From Eledone cirrhosa (Eukaryota): DNA of 29,266 nucleotides. Made by a program: the position numbers and the translations under genes. The notes under the pieces were generated by a model. That model was given only the letters and a program-made list of their open reading frames with translations, made no database searches and was not told the origin of the DNA. Position 1 is the first letter of the stretch. Every line of letters begins with the position of its first letter. Location of the stretch: assembly GCA_964016885.1 (NCBI GenBank), contig CAXHJY010001409.1, positions 1-29,266 on the forward strand, in the 5' to 3' direction. This document shows positions 20,375 through 29,266 of this stretch, piece by piece.

Positions 20375-23300
20375 TTTACAGTGTGGGCTGGGTGCTTTTT
20401 GCCGTGACACCTACATGACTACTTTACAGTGTGGGCTGGGTGCTTTTTGCCGTGACACCTACATGACTACTTTACAGTGTGGGCTGGGTGCTTTTTGCCG
20501 TGACACCTACATGACTACTTTACAGTGTGGGCTGGGTGCTTTTTGCCGTGACACCTACATGACTACTTTACAGTGTGGGCTGGGTGCTTTTTGCCGTGAC
20601 ACCTACATGACTACTTTACAGTGTGGGCTGGGTGCTTTTTGCCGTGACACCTACATGACTACTTTACAGTGTGGGCTGGGTGCTTTTTGCCGTGACACCT
20701 ACATGACTACTTTACAGTGTGGGCTGGGTGCTTTTTGCCGTGACACCTACATGACTACTTTACAGTGTGGGCTGGGTGCATTTTGCCGTGACACCTACAT
20801 GACTACTTTACAGTGTGGGCTGGGTGCTTTTTGCCGTGACACCTACATGACTACTTTACAGTGTGGGCTGGGTGCTTTTTGTCATGACACCTACATGACT
20901 ACTTTACAGTGTGGGCTGGGTGCTTTTTGCCGTGACACCTACATGACTACTTTACAGTGTGGGCTGGGTGCTTTTTGCCGTGACACCTACATGACTACTT
21001 TACAGTGTGGGCTGGGTGCTTTTTGCCGTGACACCTACATGACTACTTTACAGTGTGGGCTGGGTGCTTTTTGCCGTGACACCTACATGACTACTTTACA
21101 GTGTGGGCTGGGTGCTTTTTGCCGTGACACCTACATGACTACTTTACAGTGTGGGCTGGGTGCTTTTTGCCGTGACACCTACATGACTACTTTACAGTGT
21201 GGGCTGGGTGCTTTTTGCCGTGACACCTACATGACTACTTTACAGTGTGGGCTGGGTGCTTTTTGCCGTGACACCTACATGACCACTTTACAGTGTGGGC
21301 TGGGTGCTTTTTGCCGTGACACCTACATGACTACTTTACAGTGTGGGCTGGGTGCTTTTTGCCGTGACACCTACATGACTACTTTACAGTGTGGGCTGGG
21401 TGCTTTTTGCCGTGACACCTACATGACTACTTTACAGTGTGGGCTGGGTGCTTTTTGCCGTGACACCTACATGACTACTTTACAGTGTGGGCTGGGTGCT
21501 TTTTGTCATGACACCTACATGACTACTTTACAGTGTGGGCTGGGTGCTTTTTGCCGTGACACCTACATGACTACTTTACAGTGTGGGCTGGGTGCTTTTT
21601 GTCATGACACCTACATGACTACTTTACAGTGTGGGCTGGGTGCTTTTTGCCGTGACACCTACATGACTACTTTACAGTGTGGGCTGGGTGCTTTTTGCCG
21701 TGACACCTACATGACTACTTTACAGTGTGGGCTGGGTGCTTTTTGCCGTGACACCTACATGACTACTTTACAGTGTGGGCTGGGTGCTTTTTGCCGTGAC
21801 ACCTACATGACTACTTTACAGTGTGGGCTGGGTGCTTTTTGCCGTGACACCTACATGACTACTTTACAGTGTGGGCTGGGTGCTTTTTGCCGTGACACCT
21901 ACATGACTACTTTACAGTGTGGGCTGGGTGCTTTTTGTCATGACACCTACATGACTACTTTACAGTGTGGGCTGGGTGCTTTTTGCCGTGACACCTACAT
22001 GACTACTTTACAGTGTGGGCTGGGTGCTTTTTGTCATGACACCTACATGACTACTTTACAGTGTGGGCTGGGTGCTTTTTGCCGTGACACCTACATGACT
22101 ACTTTACAGTGTGGGCTGGGTGCTTTTTGCCGTGACACCTACATGACTACTTTACAGTGTGGGCTGGGTGCTTTTTGCCGTGACACCTACATGACTACTT
22201 TACAGTGTGGGCTGGGTGCTTTTTGCCGTGACACCTACATGACTACTTTACAGTGTGGGCTGGGTGCTTTTTGTCATGACACCTACATGACTACTTTACA
22301 GTGTGGGCTGGGTGCTTTTTGCCGTGACACCTACATGACTACTTTACAGTGTGGGCTGGGTGCTTTTTGTCATGACACCTACATGACTACTTTACAGTGT
22401 GGGCTGGGTGCTTTTTGCCGTGACACCTACATGACTACTTTACAGTGTGGGCTGGGTGCTTTTTGCCGTGACACCTACATGACTACTTTACAGTGTGGGC
22501 TGGGTGCTTTTTGCCGTGACACCTACATGACTACTTTACAGTGTGGGCTGGGTGCTTTTTGCCGTGACACCTACATGACTACTTTACAGTGTGGGCTGGG
22601 TGCTTTTTGTCATGACACCTACATGACTACTTTACAGTGTGGGCTGGGTGCTTTTTGCCGTGACACCTACATGACTACTTTACAGTGTGGGCTGGGTGCT
22701 TTTTGTCATGACACCTACATGACTACTTTACAGTGTGGGCTGGGTGCTTTTTGCCGTGACACCTACATGACTACTTTACAGTGTGGGCTGGGTGCTTTTT
22801 GTCATGACACCTACATGACTACTTTACAGTGTGGGCTGGGTGCTTTTTGTCATGACACCTACATGACTACTTTACAGTGTGGGCTGGGTGCTTTTTGCCG
22901 TGACACCTACATGACTACTTTACAGTGTGGGCTGGGTGCTTTTTGCCGTGACACCTACATGACTACTTTACAGTGTGGGCTGGGTGCTTTTTGCCGTGAC
23001 ACCTACATGACTACTTTACAGTGTGGGCTGGGTGCTTTTTGTCATGACACCTACATGACTACTTTACAGTGTGGGCTGGGTGCTTTTTGCCGTGACACCT
23101 ACATGACTACTTTACAGTGTGGGCTGGGTGCTTTTTGCCGTGACACCTACATGACTACTTTACAGTATGGGCTGGGTGCTTTTTGCCGTGACACCTACAT
23201 GACTACTTTACAGTGTGGGCTGGGTGCTTTTTGTCATGACACCTACATGACTACTTTACAGTGTGGGCTGGGTGCTTTTTGCCGTGACACCTACATGACT

Positions 23301-24091
23301 ACTTTACAGTGTGGGCTGGGTGCTTTTTGCCGTGACACCTACATGACTACTTTACAGTGTGGGCTGGGTGCTTTTTGCCGTGACACCTACATGACTACTT
23401 TACAGTGTGGGCTGGGTGCTTTTTGTCATGACACCTACATGACTACTTTACAGTGTGGGCTGGGTGCTTTTTGCCGTGACACCTACATGACTACTTTACA
23501 GTGTGGGCTGGCTGCTTTTTGCCGTGACACCTACATGACTACTTTACAGTGTGGGCTGGGTGCTTTTTGCCGTGACACCTACATGACTACTTTACAGTGT
23601 GGGCTGGGTGCTTTTTTGCCGTGACACCTACATGACTACTTTACAGTGTGGGCTGGGTGCTTTTTTGCCGTGACACCTACATGACTACTTTACAGTGTGG
23701 GCTGGGTGCTTTTTTGCCGTGACACCTACATGACTACTTTACAGTGTGGGCTGGGTGCTTTTTGTCATGACACCTACATGACTACTTTACAGTGTGGGCT
23801 GGGTGCTTTTTGCCGTGACACCTACATGACTACTTTACAGTGTGGGCTGGGTGCTTTTTGCCGTGACACCTACATGACTACTTTACAGTGTGGGCTGGGT
23901 GCTTTTTGCCGTGACACCTACATGACTACTTTACAGTGTGGGCTGGGTGCTTTTTGTCATGACACCTACATGACTACTTTACAGTGTGGGCTGGGTGCTT
24001 TTTGCCGTGACACCTACATGACTACTTTACAGTGTGGGCTGGGTGCTTTTTTGCCGTGACACCTACATGACTACTTTACAGTGTGGGCTGG
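20375..24091. repeat. 48-bp tandem satellite, ~77 copies, derived from the RTE 3' UTR internal repeat
   Basis: Unit TTTACAGTGTGGGCTGGGTGCTTTTTGCCGTGACACCTACATGACTAC; near-identical to 587-637 in RTE copy 1. Confidence 0.97.
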
Positions 24092-24949
24092 ACACTTTTG
24101 GCAAACACAACCTTTTACAAAGATAGTATTGCTTGATTCAATATAATACTCTATATGACTCTACCAGGTTTTTCTAAAGGCTGGGAAACAAGAAACCCTC
24201 ATGAGTTCCCAAAAGGAGCATTTGGGCTATCGTGCATAGCCTAAAATTTTGTCTTGCAAATTTCACAAGTTCTATATAAGATCACACAATATCACCTTTG
24301 TTAAATATATATTTTCTGCAATCAAGTATTTTATACTTAGTAACATTTTATGTATTTAAAGCATTATTGTCTTTTTATAGGAAATTTAATGATATTTGTG
24401 TTTCTATTGAATTTTGTTAATATGGTTTCTGTTTCTGTTAGGATTTACTGCATAATAGGAAAGATTGATTAAAAATACGGTTGATATGTGATTTTAAAGG
24501 TTCGTTGGAAATAAATCATTTCCTAGAAAAATCATACATCCTTGCCTTATTCGAGGAAAAGATACCAAAAAACACAACAAAGTAATACATTTTAGAGTTG
24601 GATTATCAGAAAAGTAATATTTTTAGCATTTTAATCATTAGAAAGTATTTTTATTGAATTTTCTTTGGCTTGCCAGATTTTCCAAGACTAGCTCATTTAT
24701 CTCTACTGACATAAAAATTGTCATTTTAGAGTTCTGACTATAATGACACTATTTCATATTCTAGGCAACATATGTAGCCCTTGGCATCATTATTTTTGTT
24801 TTACTTTTGGAAGTATTGTTAATGTAAAACACTTTAGAGATACCACCACAGTTAATATGGACACTGGAATTTTTATTTCCTTATTGAAAATATATAAAGT
24901 TATTTTTCTTTTTATGCAGATAATTTCAAAATATTTTATTACCAAAAGT

Positions 24950-25252
24950 ATTAATTTATTTATTACTGTAGCTCTAATGAAATACACTGCTTATGTGTAT
25001 CAATAAATTTTGAAAATTTGAAGAATTTCAAAACCACACCATCTAAATATATGTTGATTAATTGATTTGCTTATAAACGGGGTTTGGATTTTTGTCCATT
25101 TCTCAGATACAAAATAAGGGAGGTGTCTGCTTATATTCGAGTACATATGGTAAATAACTAAGCTTTTTTTATTAGCTAGCTGAGGTTTGAAACATTACTT
25201 AACAGACATTTCTTAACTAAAATCATGAAGGAAGGTTTTAGTATCAAAAGGG
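24950..25252. mobile_element. piggyBac-like MITE family A remnant, with an inserted Tc1/pogo-like terminus (~25129-25152)
   Basis: tgaaatacactgc..caataaattttgaaaat matches 12044-12086; ends TCAAAAGGG|TTAA; gcttatattcgagtacatatgg|ta resembles a TA-flanked Tc2/pogo-type TIR. Confidence 0.6.
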
Positions 25253-25552
25253 TTAAACAGGATGCTAGATATCGATGTGATGTAAAATGGGAGCCATTCT
25301 TTCCAAATATCTCTAATCACATAAATTTGGCCAAATAGCTTGAGACCTCAAGCTGACATTTTAAGTATATTATGAGAGGGATGACATCTATTTATATATG
25401 ATGTTTGTTTGATAAATGTCTTTTATTAGATACATATGTGGCATATATTCCATTTCTTTCAAGTCTATATAATATACCGATTCATATTTTTGCTAAAAAA
25501 AAAAAATCAATGCTTCTGTGAATGAAACATTATTATTAGTTGTAAACTATTA

Positions 25553-25630
25553 CAGGGTCGATAAAATAAAGTACCAGTAATACACTGGCGATAATTGCTG
25601 GCCTTGTGCCTCTATAAGTAACCATTATTT
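25553..25630 (+). mobile_element. 3' half of a family M SINE
   Basis: gtcgataaaataaagtaccagtaatacactgg..aattgctggccttgtgcc is the reverse complement of 8706-8757. Confidence 0.75.
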
Positions 25631-25852
25631 ATAAAATAGACTCCTGTGTGACATTAAAATGATTGTTCAAAAGAAGTTTTACACTTGGGTTCTTTTGAGT
25701 TGAGCAATAATTTCATATTAGTTATAAAATGTATTGGTATAAGTAGCATGTTAACATCGGTAGTAGAGTGATTTAGTATAGATTGTGTCTGTGTTAGATG
25801 TAACCAGATATATGTTTAGAATCATCTTTATTATATCTAACGTAATACACAT

Positions 25853-29266
<3,414 letters not shown>

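Noticed and set aside
20415-24059. 1069-aa and 120-aa ORFs of (MTTLQCGLGAFCRDTY)n as a Cys-rich repeat protein
   Set aside because: A 48-bp unit without a stop in one frame gives this automatically; it is antisense LINE UTR sequence, has no unique termini, and is broken by T-run indels
20375-24091. CRISPR array
   Set aside because: Units are contiguous with no unique spacers, there are no cas genes, and the context is eukaryotic TE sequence

Overview
AT-rich, repeat-saturated eukaryotic (animal) DNA with no intact host gene that I can support. The repeat families resemble those I associate with octopus/cephalopod genomes (recollection, not a search result). Contents: long (TA)n and (ACTC)n microsatellites; several 5'-truncated RTE-clade LINEs with (ATG)n tails; tRNA-derived SINEs; hAT-, mariner- and piggyBac-type MITEs; a non-autonomous Helitron; and a 5'-truncated Penelope-like retroelement (RT + GIY-YIG, Naiad-like). 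Two signals stand out. (1) The Penelope-like 3' region folds into a complete type I hammerhead ribozyme with a non-canonical core (CAGAAGA), minus strand 4233-4308. (2) A 3.7-kb, ~77-copy, 48-bp satellite (20375-24091) is an expansion of the short internal repeat of the RTE 3' UTR, is still attached to the RTE tail, and already shows higher-order variant phasing. Most long ORFs in the supplied track are artefacts of simple repeats.
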